This document shows, piece after piece, positions 47,313 through 58,550 of a DNA stretch of 64,000 nucleotides. The position numbers and the translations under genes were made by a program. The stretch spans positions 133,410 to 197,409 of the forward strand of contig CAWAMC010000001.1 in the NCBI GenBank assembly GCA_963783035.1, given 5' to 3'. Within the stretch, counting starts at the first letter, position 1. Each line of letters opens with the position of its first letter. This stretch comes from an uncultured Gammaproteobacteria bacterium. GTDB lineage: Bacteria; Pseudomonadota; Gammaproteobacteria; Xanthomonadales; Xanthomonadaceae. The notes under the pieces are model-generated. The model saw nothing but the letters and a program-made list of their open reading frames with translations, was not told where the DNA came from and did not search any database.

Positions 47313-48419
47313 TCAGTTCTGCGACGGGGTGTTTTCCGCGAAGTACTCATGGTTGTCGGCGTTATCCACCGCTTTGGCGGGGTCGCTGCTCGCCAAGTTG
47401 CGCGCGGCGGTTTGGCCATACGCCCAGTCGTCGGTGCCGGCTACCACGTTGAAGTGGCTCATTTCGTGGATCAAGGTGCCGGCTTTGGAGTCGGTGCCGG
47501 TGTTCGGTGCGCTCCAGAATGCGCGACAGACGAAGATCTCGTAAGGCCGGGTCGGGTAGACATACGCGTAATAGCTCTGGTTGCAGCCGCAGTTGATCGT
47601 GACCTGACCGCTGCTTTGATCCATCGCGGTATCGATCGCGACGAAATGCTGCCGAGCATTGCCGTAACGCGCGGAGGTGTAGGCGCCGAACCACGAGGTG
47701 TAACGAGGGCCGACCGTGCCGGTGTTGAGATAACCCTTGGCGTTTTCGGAGTACGTGCGTGCGGAGTTGACGGCATTGCCGGCGCCGCTGATTTGGGTGC
47801 TGGAGCAACCGACATAGTTCACGCCGTTGACCACACCGGATCCGCCTGGGGTCGGTTTGCCTTTCGCAGCGGCTTCGCGAAGTTTCAATGCGGTTTGATT
47901 GCTGCCGTCCATGAACATCCGCATCGGCGCGCTCATCGCGACCATCGGCGAACCGTTCGCTTGATTCAACCGAGCGCCGCCGGAGAGCGAAGCGTATTGC
48001 AGCGGCGAAGCGAAGGTGACGGTGTATTGGCCGACTTTCGACAGATCGTAGGTCGCGCCGAGATCGACGACCGAACGATGGCTCTGGCCCGGGCGCAGGA
48101 CGGCGAAATCGCTGGCGGTCGGTACGCCGCGCTTGATCATCGCGCCTTCGTAACGGATGTCTTCGCCGTCGCGGCTGATCGCGAAGAGGTTGGCATCGAG
48201 AACGCTCGATGGCAGCGCGTATCTTGGTACACGGACGGTCTTGCGGCTGGTATTGGTGACGACGATTTCGATGTTGCCGTCGCCCAGCGACATCATGCCG
48301 ATGCGAAGCGGATTGATTTGGCTGCGCATCGGCGCGGCCGTCGCGGACGATAACGCCGCGACGATGGCGACGCTCAATACCGCGCCCGTGGCGAGCGCGC
48401 TGACAAAGCGGATCTTCAT
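47313..48419 (-). CDS. Secreted M35 metalloendopeptidase, paralog 1
   Basis: Same HEMSHF, GTDD and NADNHEYFAE motifs; signal peptide. Confidence 0.9.
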   Translation of the reverse strand: MKIRFVSALATGAVLSVAIVAALSSATAAPMRSQINPLRIGMMSLGDGNIEIVVTNTSRKTVRVPRYALPSSVLDANLFAISRDGEDIRYEGAMIKRGVPTASDFAVLRPGQSHRSVVDLGATYDLSKVGQYTVTFASPLQYASLSGGARLNQANGSPMVAMSAPMRMFMDGSNQTALKLREAAAKGKPTPGGSGVVNGVNYVGCSSTQISGAGNAVNSARTYSENAKGYLNTGTVGPRYTSWFGAYTSARYGNARQHFVAIDTAMDQSSGQVTINCGCNQSYYAYVYPTRPYEIFVCRAFWSAPNTGTDSKAGTLIHEMSHFNVVAGTDDWAYGQTAARNLASSDPAKAVDNADNHEYFAENTPSQN

Positions 48420-48561
48420 TCGATTGCCCCCAAGATGGCCTACGTCCGCGGACGCGGACCGCCCGATGTTAGTGCCCGGCGTGGTCGGACGTCCACATTG
48501 CTATGCAGCATGCGCGTGCTCTTAAACTACTCAAGCTCAAAAACTGCACAAGCCTGAGACG

Positions 48562-48595
48562 ACGACGCCGACAAGCGAAAGCGTGTCGGCGTCGT
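48562..48595 (-). terminator. Hairpin downstream of the cytochrome gene
   Basis: ACGACGCCGACA..TGTCGGCGTCGT. Confidence 0.5.
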
Positions 48596-48645
48596 TGAAG
48601 CTGAGTTTCGTGGGGCGGAACTTCGCTTAGAGCGGTTCCGTGGGT

Positions 48646-49092
48646 TCAGTCCTTAAATTCCTGATGGCAACCCTTGCAGCTTTCGCCGATCTTCGCAGCG
48701 GTGGCGTTGACCCCTTCGCAATTGATCGGGGGCGCGCTCAGCGCGGTATCGAGCGCCGCACGCATCGTGCTGGCGTGTTTGACGAAACGTTCGTCGTCGC
48801 GCTCGTCGGGAAATGCCGATTCGATGTCGTCGGAGGTCATCCGCAGGGCTTTGAGGTGCGGGATCGTGTCGGTCGCCGCGCAGCGGTTTTCGCGGGCCTT
48901 TTCGCTCAACTGCTTCATATGCCAGGCCTGGACCTGCATCAGACTGCCGGGGAAATGGTCTTTCCGCGCTTCCAGCGTGCGCAGCAGCATGACCGTCGCG
49001 ATCGCACCAAGCACGAGGCCTAGCAGTAGCACGAAGAAATAGCGCGAGAACGCGGAAGACTTCGGTCGGGTCTGTTCGGGTGTGGTGGACAT
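48646..49092 (-). CDS. Membrane-anchored class II (cytochrome c'-like) cytochrome
   Basis: N-terminal TM helix, helical body and C-terminal CKGCH heme-binding motif. Confidence 0.8.
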   Translation of the reverse strand: MSTTPEQTRPKSSAFSRYFFVLLLGLVLGAIATVMLLRTLEARKDHFPGSLMQVQAWHMKQLSEKARENRCAATDTIPHLKALRMTSDDIESAFPDERDDERFVKHASTMRAALDTALSAPPINCEGVNATAAKIGESCKGCHQEFKD

Positions 49093-49237
49093 GACGGGCT
49101 CCGTTCGGTTCAACACACATTAGCATGCCGAAATCCGATGCTGGATAGGCATGCGGGCAGTCTTGATCGGCGACTGGCCTCCGGCGACCGGCCTCCGCGA
49201 TGCGGCCTGACGCAGCCGGATGGCCTAAAATCGCGGC

Positions 49238-50134
49238 ATGACCGCATATGCTCCGACGAACGATACGACCGACCCAACGAACGCGAGCGTCTCTGCGCCC
49301 ACTCTTTCCCCCTCGCTGACCGAGGCATGGACCGAGCGTTTCGCCGGTATCGATCGTTTGTACGGGCAGTGCGCGTTGCTCGCCTTTTCGCGCGCGCATG
49401 TCGCCGTCGTCGGTTTGGGCGGTGTCGGCTCATGGGCGGTCGAGGCGCTCGCGCGCAGCGGCGTCGGGCGCATGACCTTGATCGATGCCGACGATCTGTG
49501 CGTCTCGAACACCAACCGCCAATTGCCCGCGTTGGCCGGGCAGTACGGCCGCGGCAAGGCCGAAGCGATGGCCGAACGTTGCCGCGCGATCAATCCTGAG
49601 ATCGAGGTCGAGGCGGTCGCGAGTTTCCTCACGCCATCCAATCTCGACGATCTGCTCGGCCGCGGTTACGACATCGTGATCGATGCCTGCGACAGCTTTC
49701 GCACCAAGGTCGAAGCGATCGCGTGGTGTCGACGTCGAAAGATCCCGATCATCACCGTCGGTGCCGCGGGCGGACGACGCGACCCCACCTTGGTGCGCGT
49801 TCGCGACCTCTCGCGGACCGAACACGATGCGATGCTGGCGTTGATTCGCAAGAAGCTCCGCGCGGAATTCAATTTCCCGAAAAATCATCAACGCTACTTC
49901 GGGGTGACTGCGATCTATTCGCTGGAAAACGTGCAATACCCGCAAGCCGACGGGAGCGTCTGCGGCCTGCGCCCGAAACTCGGCGCCGACGCGGCCCTGA
50001 AGCTCGATTGCGGCGCAGGCCTCGGCGCGGCGACGCACATCACCGGCGCGTTCGCGTTCGCGGCGGTCGGCAAGGCGCTGGAGATGTTGATCAAACCGAA
50101 GCCCGCATCGAAGTCGCCACCAAAACCAATATAG
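49238..50134 (+). CDS. tcdA: tRNA threonylcarbamoyladenosine dehydratase
   Basis: RFAGIDRLYG, GLGGVGSWAVEALARSG, SNTNRQ and GAAGGRRDP motifs. Confidence 0.9.
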   Translation: MTAYAPTNDTTDPTNASVSAPTLSPSLTEAWTERFAGIDRLYGQCALLAFSRAHVAVVGLGGVGSWAVEALARSGVGRMTLIDADDLCVSNTNRQLPALAGQYGRGKAEAMAERCRAINPEIEVEAVASFLTPSNLDDLLGRGYDIVIDACDSFRTKVEAIAWCRRRKIPIITVGAAGGRRDPTLVRVRDLSRTEHDAMLALIRKKLRAEFNFPKNHQRYFGVTAIYSLENVQYPQADGSVCGLRPKLGADAALKLDCGAGLGAATHITGAFAFAAVGKALEMLIKPKPASKSPPKPI

Positions 50135-50242
50135 GGTGCGCTCAAGCGCACCGATTTCCATCCATATCTAGAAGACAGGTCGGTTGCGCGTGTTTGGTGT
50201 TCGTGCGAGCTGAAAACAATGGTGCGCTTGAGCGCACCCTAT
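50131..50242. repeat. REP doublet (perfect 22-bp inverted repeat) between convergent tcdA and the TatD-family gene
   Basis: ATAGGGTGCGCTCAAGCGCACC (50131-50152) and GGTGCGCTTGAGCGCACCCTAT (50221-50242). Confidence 0.85.
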
Positions 50243-51006
50243 GGGGACGGCAAACGGAATAACCGCCGCGCATTGTCGCTCGTGGCCTGGGTCAAAGCTT
50301 CGGGCGTTATGCCGCGAAGCATGGCGATGGTGTCGCAGACGATCGGCAATCGCGCGGGTTCGTTGCGTTGGCCACGATGCGCATTGTCCGGCTGATCCGG
50401 TGCGTCGGTCTCCAGCAACAAGTATTCGATCGGCAGCGTCGCCGCTAAACCGCGTAAACGATTCGCACGGTCGTAGGTGACGGGGCCACCCAAGCCGATC
50501 AGAAACCCATGGTCGAACAGGCGTTTCGCCTGATCCGCGCTGCCGGAAAAACTATGCACCACGCCGCGTAACGGCGCGAAACGACGGATCGAGGCGAGCA
50601 CCTGATCCACCGCGCGTCGCGCATGCACGATCACGGGCAGATCGAACTCGCGCGCGAGTCGTAGTTGGCCGTCGAAAAAAAACTGTTGCCGCGCCGGATC
50701 GAGCCCTTCGACGAAGAAATCCAAACCGCATTCGCCCACGGCGATCGGGCGCTCGCGCTCGATCCACGCACGCAGTTCGACCAGATGCTCGGGCCGATGC
50801 CGTTCGAGATACATCGGATGCAGGCCGTAGGCCGGATGCAAGCCTGGCGCGCCGGCGCAAACCGTTCGCAATTTTTCCCAACCGGCGGCATCCACCGCCG
50901 GCACGATCTGCCTCGACACACCCGCTGAACGGGCACGAGCGATCACTTCGATGCGATCGGAGTCGAATTCCTCAGCGTCGAGATGACAGTGGCTGTCGAT
51001 CAGCAT
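50239..51006 (-). CDS. TatD family DNase (YjjV-like)
   Basis: DSHCH, GLHP, VGECGLD, VHAR, HSFSG, ETDAPD and NEP motifs. Confidence 0.93.
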   Translation of the reverse strand: MLIDSHCHLDAEEFDSDRIEVIARARSAGVSRQIVPAVDAAGWEKLRTVCAGAPGLHPAYGLHPMYLERHRPEHLVELRAWIERERPIAVGECGLDFFVEGLDPARQQFFFDGQLRLAREFDLPVIVHARRAVDQVLASIRRFAPLRGVVHSFSGSADQAKRLFDHGFLIGLGGPVTYDRANRLRGLAATLPIEYLLLETDAPDQPDNAHRGQRNEPARLPIVCDTIAMLRGITPEALTQATSDNARRLFRLPSP

Positions 51007-51039
51007 GCAGCGGCAATCGTTCTACTGCGTCCCAACCGC

Positions 51040-51288
51040 TTATTGACTCTTCTGGCCTTCGATCGGCGGTTTGACCGGCGTGGCGGATGCATCGGCCACG
51101 CTGTCGGGTTTCTTGCGCCAGTTGGCGAGCAGCATGGCGCCGAGGCCGAGCAGGATCTCGTCGACGAACGGGATGAAATCCGGAACGATGAAATCGACCG
51201 CGAACAGCGCTGCGGTCAGCATGAATAACTTGGGATAACTGAGCCGGCCCAAGAAGCCGAGCAAGGGGCCGACGAGCGGGTTCGCCAT
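51040..51288 (-). CDS. Small membrane protein (DUF6116-like)
   Basis: PKLF..LFAVDFIVPDFIPFVDEILLG. Confidence 0.7.
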   Translation of the reverse strand: MANPLVGPLLGFLGRLSYPKLFMLTAALFAVDFIVPDFIPFVDEILLGLGAMLLANWRKKPDSVADASATPVKPPIEGQKSQ

Positions 51289-51618
51289 GATGCAACGCCT
51301 CGACAAGAACGAATGCGCGAACGCTAGCACGCATGACTCTATCGCGGGGGAGCAGCGACGGTTTTTTTCGTATGCGATGTTCTAAACGTATCGAACGCGA
51401 GGCAGGCGTGAGCGATGACACTGCGGCGCTATCGCGGTTTCGGCTAAGGCATTCCGATCCATATAACGATGTCCAAAGATGTGCGTTCGGTCATATTCAG
51501 CCTGAACGAAACCTCCGAAATATCGTTCACTTTCGAGTACTTATCGGTCTGGGTTCAGCTTCGCGGTGCTGCAATCGACCCACCCGCAACGCGGCCCAGA
51601 CCGCAAGAGGACTCCCCC

Positions 51619-52437
51619 ATGAAACATCAAACACTCGCTGTCGCGATGGCTTCACTGATGGCCGGTGGCTTCGCCACTGCCGCTTATATGAATAATCGTG
51701 CATCGGATCCTGTCGGTGCGTCGACGGAGACACGCGATGCGCAGACGCCTGAGAGTAGTCTCGGCGCTATCGTCGATGCGGACCGGGACGAGCGTGCCGC
51801 GATCCGCAGCACGCTGGATTACGCCGATGTCCTCGCCATCGACCCCGTCACAAAGAGCGAAACCCTGTACGCCACGGTGATCGGCACCGACCCGGTGCGT
51901 GAAACCGTCGTCGCCAATACGCCGCGCGAAGTCTGCGACGACGTGGTGGTGCAAGACCGGCTTCCCGAGCGCGATGGACATGTCGGCGGCACCGTCGCCG
52001 GCGCGGTGATCGGCGGCTTGGTCGGCAATCAGGTCGGCGATGGCAATGGCCGCAAGCTCGCGACAGTGGCCGGTGCGGTCGGCGGCGGCTTCGCGGGGCG
52101 AGAAATCGACAAGCGTCATGTCGGTGGCAAGGTCGTGAATCGCACCGAGCGTCAGTGCAGGACGGTGTCTTCGTCCACGACCAGCAGCAAGACCGTGGCC
52201 TGGAATGTGACCTACCGCGAGCCCGACGGCCGGACCGGCACGATGCGCATCGACAGCAAACCAGGCAAGCGCATTTCGCTGGGCACCGAGCAAAAAGTCG
52301 TCGGTTACGACGTGACCTATCGTTATGCCGGGCAGCAGGGCCAAGTACGGATGGACGATAAACCCGGGCCGCGCCTGCCGGTGGTCAATGGCCAGATCGT
52401 GACCGAAGTCGCTTCGGTCGGGGGCGGCCGGGGCTGA
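51619..52437 (+). CDS. Glycine-zipper 2TM domain protein (YcfJ-like)
   Basis: GAVIGGLVGNQVGDGNGRKLATVAGAVGGG and GYDVTY..G motifs. Confidence 0.88.
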   Translation: MKHQTLAVAMASLMAGGFATAAYMNNRASDPVGASTETRDAQTPESSLGAIVDADRDERAAIRSTLDYADVLAIDPVTKSETLYATVIGTDPVRETVVANTPREVCDDVVVQDRLPERDGHVGGTVAGAVIGGLVGNQVGDGNGRKLATVAGAVGGGFAGREIDKRHVGGKVVNRTERQCRTVSSSTTSSKTVAWNVTYREPDGRTGTMRIDSKPGKRISLGTEQKVVGYDVTYRYAGQQGQVRMDDKPGPRLPVVNGQIVTEVASVGGGRG

Positions 52438-52519
52438 GTCGGCTAGCGGCGGTCCGCCGCGGTGCGAGTCGCTCATCGGTAAAGGGCGCCGAGCGCTCGG
52501 CGAAACAATCGAAACATCG

Positions 52520-52550
52520 AAACGGGGCCGGGCGACCGGCCCCGTTCTTC
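52520..52550 (+). terminator. Intrinsic terminator
   Basis: AACGGGGCCGG-GCGA-CCGGCCCCGTTCTTC. Confidence 0.65.
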
Positions 52551-52671
52551 GTGTCGAATGCGCACGAAAGCGGAATTGACCGCGGGGCTGCTCGGCGAAT
52601 GCAAGGCGGGGTGCCGGCCCGGGAGCCGCCCCGATACAATAGCCGGCTTACCCAACCCCACCGGTTCCGAC

Positions 52672-53836
52672 ATGGCCTTGCACCCCTACGATCTGTACGA
52701 CGTCCGTTCCCTGCTCAGCGAAGAGGAGCGTGCGGTGCAGGACACCGTGGCGCGTTTCACCGACGAACGCGTGTTGCCGATCATCGGCGATGCCTTCGAC
52801 GAAGGCCGCTTCCCGAAGGAACTGGTGCCGGAAATCGCCGAGCTGGGCCTGCTCGGCTCGTCGCTACCCGAGCAGTACGGCTGCGCCGGCCTCAATGCGG
52901 TCAGCTACGGCCTGATCTGCCAGGAACTCGAGCGCGGCGATTCCGGCATCCGCAGTTTCGTCAGCGTGCAGTCGTCGCTGTGCATGTATCCGATCTACGC
53001 CTACGGCAACGAAGAGCAGCGTCAGCGCTGGCTGCCGGATATGGCCGCAGGGCGAGGTCATCGGCTGCTTCGGTCTGACCGAGCCGCACGGCGGCTCCGA
53101 CCCGGCGAATATGAAGACGCACGCCAAACGCGATGGCGGCGATTGGGTCATCAACGGTTCGAAGATGTGGATCACCAACGGCAACCTCGCCGACGTCGCC
53201 ATCGTGTGGGCGATGACCGATGACGGGATCCAGGGCTTCCTGATCGAGAAAGGCACGCCGGGCTTCAGCGCACAGGAAATCAAGCACAAGATGAGCCTGC
53301 GCGCATCCGTCACCAGCGCGCTGTTCTTCGACAATGTGCGCGTGCCGGACAGCAACCGTCTGCCGAACGTGAAGGGCCTCAAAGGCCCGCTCGGTTGTCT
53401 CACCCAGGCGCGTTACGGCATCACCTGGGGCCCGATCGGCGCGGCGATCGCTTGCCTCGACGAAGCGCTGCGTTACGGCAAGGACCGCATTCTCTTCGAC
53501 CGGCCGCTGACCGCCAATCAGGCCGTGCAGCTCAAACTCGCCGACATGGCGCGCCGCATCACGATGGCGCAGTTGCTGTCGTTGCAACTCGGCCGGCTGA
53601 AGGACGCGGGCAACATGCAGCCGACGCAGGTGTCGCTGGCGAAGTGGAACAACGTGCGCATGGCGATCGATATCGCCCGCGAAGCGCGCGACATCCTCGG
53701 CGGCGCCGGCATCACCACCGAGCACTGCCCGATCCGTCATGCATTGAATCTCGAATCGGTCATCACTTACGAAGGCACCGAAACCGTGCATCAGTTGGTG
53801 GTCGGCCGCGAGCTGACGGGTATCAACGCGTTTTGA
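52672..53836 (+). CDS. gcdH: Glutaryl-CoA dehydrogenase-type acyl-CoA dehydrogenase (frameshift near 53050)
   Basis: ELERGDSG.RSFVSVQSSL, GCFGLTEP, NGSKMWITNG and TYEGT motifs. Confidence 0.85.
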
Positions 53837-53891
53837 TCCGTCGCTAGGTTCGCCGCTAACGCCGACGACGACGCATCGACTTGGAGACCTG

Positions 53892-54314
53892 ATGAGCACC
53901 GTGCTATGGGCTAACCGTTTAAGCGAGGGTGTCGTCGTTTCGGACGAATCCGATAAATTCGCGCTCTACAAGCACCTCGCACAGATCGACAAGATCGCAC
54001 GCGGCTGTGGTTTGGCGCCGCTGTCGGAGATGTGCGATTACACCGATTTCCGTTTCAACGTCGAGGATGTGGAGCTGCCGGATGGGATGGCATCCACGAG
54101 CGACTGGATGGCGGCGAAGGGAGTCTGGGTCGAAGCGGAGGCCGCGATTTCGATGCTGACGACATTGTCGGAAGCGATCGAGCGCGAGAAACCGCGGTTT
54201 GGTCTGCTGCGCAACGATTACGAAGCGGTGGTCGCCGAGTTGCGCGAAAGTCTAGCGTTCGCTCGCGATACGGCTGCGAATGCGTCGAAGTTCAACTTTT
54301 CGGTCGTGATGTGA
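53892..54314 (+). CDS. Hypothetical protein
   Basis: 140 aa with GGAG RBS; its stop overlaps the start of the GNAT gene. Confidence 0.65.
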   Translation: MSTVLWANRLSEGVVVSDESDKFALYKHLAQIDKIARGCGLAPLSEMCDYTDFRFNVEDVELPDGMASTSDWMAAKGVWVEAEAAISMLTTLSEAIEREKPRFGLLRNDYEAVVAELRESLAFARDTAANASKFNFSVVM

Positions 54315-54866
54315 TGGATTTGAAATCGATCCGAATCGAAACCGAACGCCTGATCCTGCGCGTGCCGCAGATCGAGGACTTCGAACGCTACGCCGAATTC
54401 TTCGCCCACGAGTCGTCGCGAATCATCGGCGGCCCGCATGCGCGCGGCGATGCATGGCGGCGTTTTCTGCAGATGCCAGGCGCTTGGATGGTCCAGGGTT
54501 TCGGCATGTTTTCGGTGATCGAAAAATCCAGCGGCGCGTGGATCGGACAGGCCGGACCGTGGCAACCCGACGGCTGGCCCGGTACCGAAGTCGGCTACTC
54601 TTTCCATCAGGATGCGCGCGGCAAAGGCTATTGCACCGAAGCCTGCGTCGCGGCGATTGATTGGGCATTCGAGACGCTCGGCTGGACCGAGGTGATCCAC
54701 TGTATTTCGCCCGAGAACATCGCATCGCAAAACGTGGCGAAGCGTTTGGGTTCGCACAATCGCGGCGCCTGCGTCGTTGCCGCCACCGTTGGATGCGCAT
54801 GCGATCGACATTTGGGGCCAGACCCGCGAGGAATGGCGAGCGAATCGTGCGGGGGCGATGCGATGA
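54314..54866 (+). CDS. RimJ/RimL-type GNAT acetyltransferase (frameshift near 54775)
   Basis: IETERLILR, EVGY, RGKGYCTEA and NIASQNVAKRLG motifs. Confidence 0.85.
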
Positions 54867-55487
54867 TCACGCTGTACGGCATGTCCAGTTCCGGCAATTG
54901 CTACAAATTACAGTTGTTGATGGCGCAGCTCGGTCGCGAGTACGTCTGGGAAGAGATCGACGTCACCCGCGGCGAAAATCTGTCGCCGGAATTCCTGGCG
55001 ATGAACGATCGCGGCAAGGTGCCGGTGCTGAAGCTCGACGACGGCCGCACGATGTCGGAGTCGAATGCGATCCTGAATTATCTGGCGCAGGGCACGTCGT
55101 CTGCTGCCGGACGATCCCTGGGATCGCGCCAAAGACCCTGCAATGGATGTTCTTCGAGCAATACAGCCATGAGCCGTATATCGCGGTGTCGCGCTTCATC
55201 CGCAAATTTCTGCCGCCGGACCATCCGCGCCGCGCGACGCTCGATGCGTTGAAGAAGTCGGGCGACGAAGCGTTGGCGGCGATGGAACGGCATCTGCACG
55301 CGATTGCCGTGGTTCGGTGGCGAGCGCTACACCATCGCCGATATCGCACTGTTCGCCTATACCCACGTCGCGGAGGACGGAGGCTTCGATCTCGGCCGCG
55401 TATCCGCATGTCGAGCGTTGGATCAAGCGCGTCGCGCAGCAGCCGGGGTTCGTCCCGATGCGCGCTGCCGATCGCATCGAAGACTGA
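54863..55487 (+). CDS. Glutathione S-transferase family protein (several frameshifts)
   Basis: SGNCYK, GKVPVL, ESNAIL, QWMFFEQY and YTIADIALFAYTH motifs in different frames. Confidence 0.85.
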
Positions 55488-55541
55488 CGCCATCCACACA
55501 CACGACCGGCTCTCATGCGAGGGCAGGGGAGAGTTTCCGCT

Positions 55542-57828
55542 ATGTTCGCCACCGTTCCGCAACCGATCCCGGCTCGCATGAAAGGCCTCAATCGCGCCGA
55601 GATCTGCGACGTCAATTTCCAAACGTTCGTGAAAGACTGGAGCGGCGACGCGCAAGCCAGGCCTGCGCTGCACGAGGCAGCTTCGAACAGGCCTGTTCTC
55701 GATGGCAGTGCGCTCGATGCGCAGAGTTTTCGCGAGCTGTTCGAGTCGCAACTCATCAGCCGTCATCTCGATTTGATGGCGCGCGTGTTGCGCGTACAGA
55801 ACAAGGTCTTTTACACCATCGGTTCATCCGGCCACGAAGGCAATGCGATGGTCGCGCGTTTGACGCGCCACACCGATCCGGCGTTCCTGCACTACCGTTC
55901 CGGCGGTTTCATGGCCGAACGTTTCCGCAAGATTCCCGGGATGGATCCGATCATGGATTCGGCGTTGTCGTTCGCGGCCAGTGCCGAAGACCCGGCGAGC
56001 GGTGGCCGGCATAAAGTCTGGGGCAGCAAGCCGCTTTGGGTACTGCCGCAGACCTCGACGATCGCTTCGCATCTGCCCAAAGCGCTCGGCACCGCGGTCG
56101 CGATCGATCACGCGCGTCGCATCGGCCATGCGCTGCCGATCCCCGACGACAGTATCGCGATCTGTTCGTTCGGCGATGCCTCCAGCAACCATGCCACCGC
56201 GCAGACCGCGTTCAACGCTGCGGCGTGGACGGCGTATCAGAAATTGCCGGCGCCGGTGCTATACGTCTGCGAGGACAACGGCATCGGTATCTCGGTGAAA
56301 ACGCCCGATGGCTGGGTCGCACGCAATTTTCGCGACCGCGCCGATTTGGATTATTTCTACGCCGATGGTCTCGATCTCGCGAGCGGTTATGCGCAAGTGC
56401 AGACGGCTGTCGAGCATTGCCGTCGCACGCGCCGCCCGACGTTCTTGCATTTGCGTACGACGCGAATCATGGGCCACGCCGGCACCGACTTCGAGATCGA
56501 ATGGCGCAATATCGAAGAACTGTGCGCGGTCGAAGCGTCCGACCCGCTGTTGCGCAGCGCTGCGATCGCGCTCGAATCCGGGGCGATGTCGAAAGACGAG
56601 ATTCTCGGCTTGTACGAGGCGACGCGCGCGAAATGTTTCGCTGCGGCGGAGGATGCCGATCGCCGCCCGCGCATCACCACGCTCGAAGAGGTCGTGCGCC
56701 CGCTCGCGCCGTACACGCCAGACGGCGGTGAACGCTGAAGCCACCCGTTTCGATTACGCGGACAAGCGCCTCGCTGCGTTCGGCGGCGAGGACAAGTTGC
56801 CCGAAAAACAGCCGGCGAAGCATCTCGCGATCCAGATCAACCAGGCTTTGCACGATCTGTTCTGCAAGTATCCGGAAACGCTGTTGTTCGGCGAGGACGT
56901 GGCGCAAAAAGGCGGCGTGTACACCGTCACGAAAGGCTTGCACAAAACCTTCGGCAACAAGCGCGTGTTCAATACCTTACTGGACGAGACCATCATTCTC
57001 GGGCTCGCGCAGGGCTACGCGAATATGGGCATGTTGCCGCTGCCGGAAATTCAGTACCTCGCGTATTTCCACAACGCTTGCGATCAGATTCGCGGCGAAG
57101 CGGCGAGCTTGCAGTTCTTCAGCAATGGGCAGTACCGCAACCCGATGGTGATGCGCATCGCCTCGCTGGGTTATCAGCGCGGTTTCGGCGGTCATTTCCA
57201 TAACGATAATTCGATCACCGCGTTGCGCGATATTCCCGGTCTCGTCGTCGGCTGCCCCTCGCGCGGCGACGATGCCGCGACGATGCTGCGGACGATGATG
57301 GCGTTGGCGAAAGTCGATGGCCGCGTCTGCGCTTTGCTCGAACCGATCGCGCTGTACATGACCAAAGATCTGTACGAGCCCGGCGACGGCCAGTGGTTGA
57401 CCGACTACCCATCGCCGGATCGGGCGATGACGCTGGGCGAGGGACGGACATACGGGAAGGGCGACGATTTGGTGATCTTCAGCTTCGGCAACGGGGTGCC
57501 GATGAGTCTGCGCGCCGCGCGCGCGATCGAGGCCAAGCGCGGCTGGAAGGTCCGCGTCGTCGATTTGCGCTGGCTGGTTCCGCTCAACGATGCCTATATC
57601 CAGACGCAAGCGAAGGGCGCCAAGCGGATCATCGTCGTCGATGAGGGCCGGCGCAGCGCCGGGGTCGGCGAGGGCGTGCTTACGGCACTGATCGAAGGCG
57701 GTTTGGGGGTTGTGCCGACCCGGCGGGTCGTCGGTGCCGATACGTTCACCCCGCTCGCAGGCGCCGCTTTTCTGGTCATCCCGAAGGACGAGGACATCGT
57801 GGCGGCCGCGGACGCGTTCGCCGACTGA
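55542..57828 (+). CDS. Fused alpha/beta E1 component of a (branched-chain) 2-oxoacid dehydrogenase (frameshift near 56725)
   Basis: GSSGHEG, FGDAS..EDN TPP motif; FGEDV, FNTLLDE, EIQYLAY, GGHFHN and VVDLRW. Confidence 0.88.
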
Positions 57829-58031
57829 CGGTGGACAGTTGTCCCCGACCCTCAGTTCAGGCTAATGTCGGCGTGCAGGACCGTGTCCGCCTCGAGTTCG
57901 CGGGCCGAGTACCAAAGTTGAAGGTCGAAGCTGAGCACGCCGAAGTTGAAGGTGCTGAAGTTATAAGGTGACCCGACGACTTCGCCTAGCGATGACCTAT
58001 CCGATCCGTTTCATGCGTGGAGATGCCGTTG

Positions 58032-58541
58032 ATGAAAAACGACGATAGAAGCGACGATCCGTTCGATGGTAAGAATCCCAAGCTCTATAACGAGTACATG
58101 AATATCCGTGCCGTGCTCGACAAGACGAATGTCGAGAACGGGATCGATATGAACTCGGCCGATCTTGGGCGCACATCGCTCGCGGCGATGCGCAACCTCA
58201 AAGGGCAGGAGCTCAGCCGTTCCAATCGATTGGACCCGGATGCGCCAATCGACGGTGCCGTACTGAGTAAGGCGAATGCGAACACCGGCGTGGCGGCGGG
58301 GCAGTACCTCGCGTTTTATCAAGGCAACCGCGACGAATACGAGAAACTACGGGTGCAAGGCGTTCCGACCAGCGAGCTTGGACACCCGGCGCACCTGAGC
58401 GTGAGCGAGATCCGCGGCTTCGAGACCGAACTGCAGCAACAGCGGCAGCAACAACAGACGCAGGAACAGACGCAGCAGCGCACCCGTGACGATCGGCAGC
58501 AAGACGCTCCAACGGCTGGCGCGCGGTCGATCTTCAGCTAA
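58032..58541 (+). CDS. XVIPCD-like protein with Gln-rich tail and no evident effector domain
   Basis: IDGAVLS...GQYLAFYQG..RVQGVPT followed by QQQRQQQQTQEQTQQR. Confidence 0.65.
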   Translation: MKNDDRSDDPFDGKNPKLYNEYMNIRAVLDKTNVENGIDMNSADLGRTSLAAMRNLKGQELSRSNRLDPDAPIDGAVLSKANANTGVAAGQYLAFYQGNRDEYEKLRVQGVPTSELGHPAHLSVSEIRGFETELQQQRQQQQTQEQTQQRTRDDRQQDAPTAGARSIFS

Positions 58542-58550
58542 GTCCTTCGT

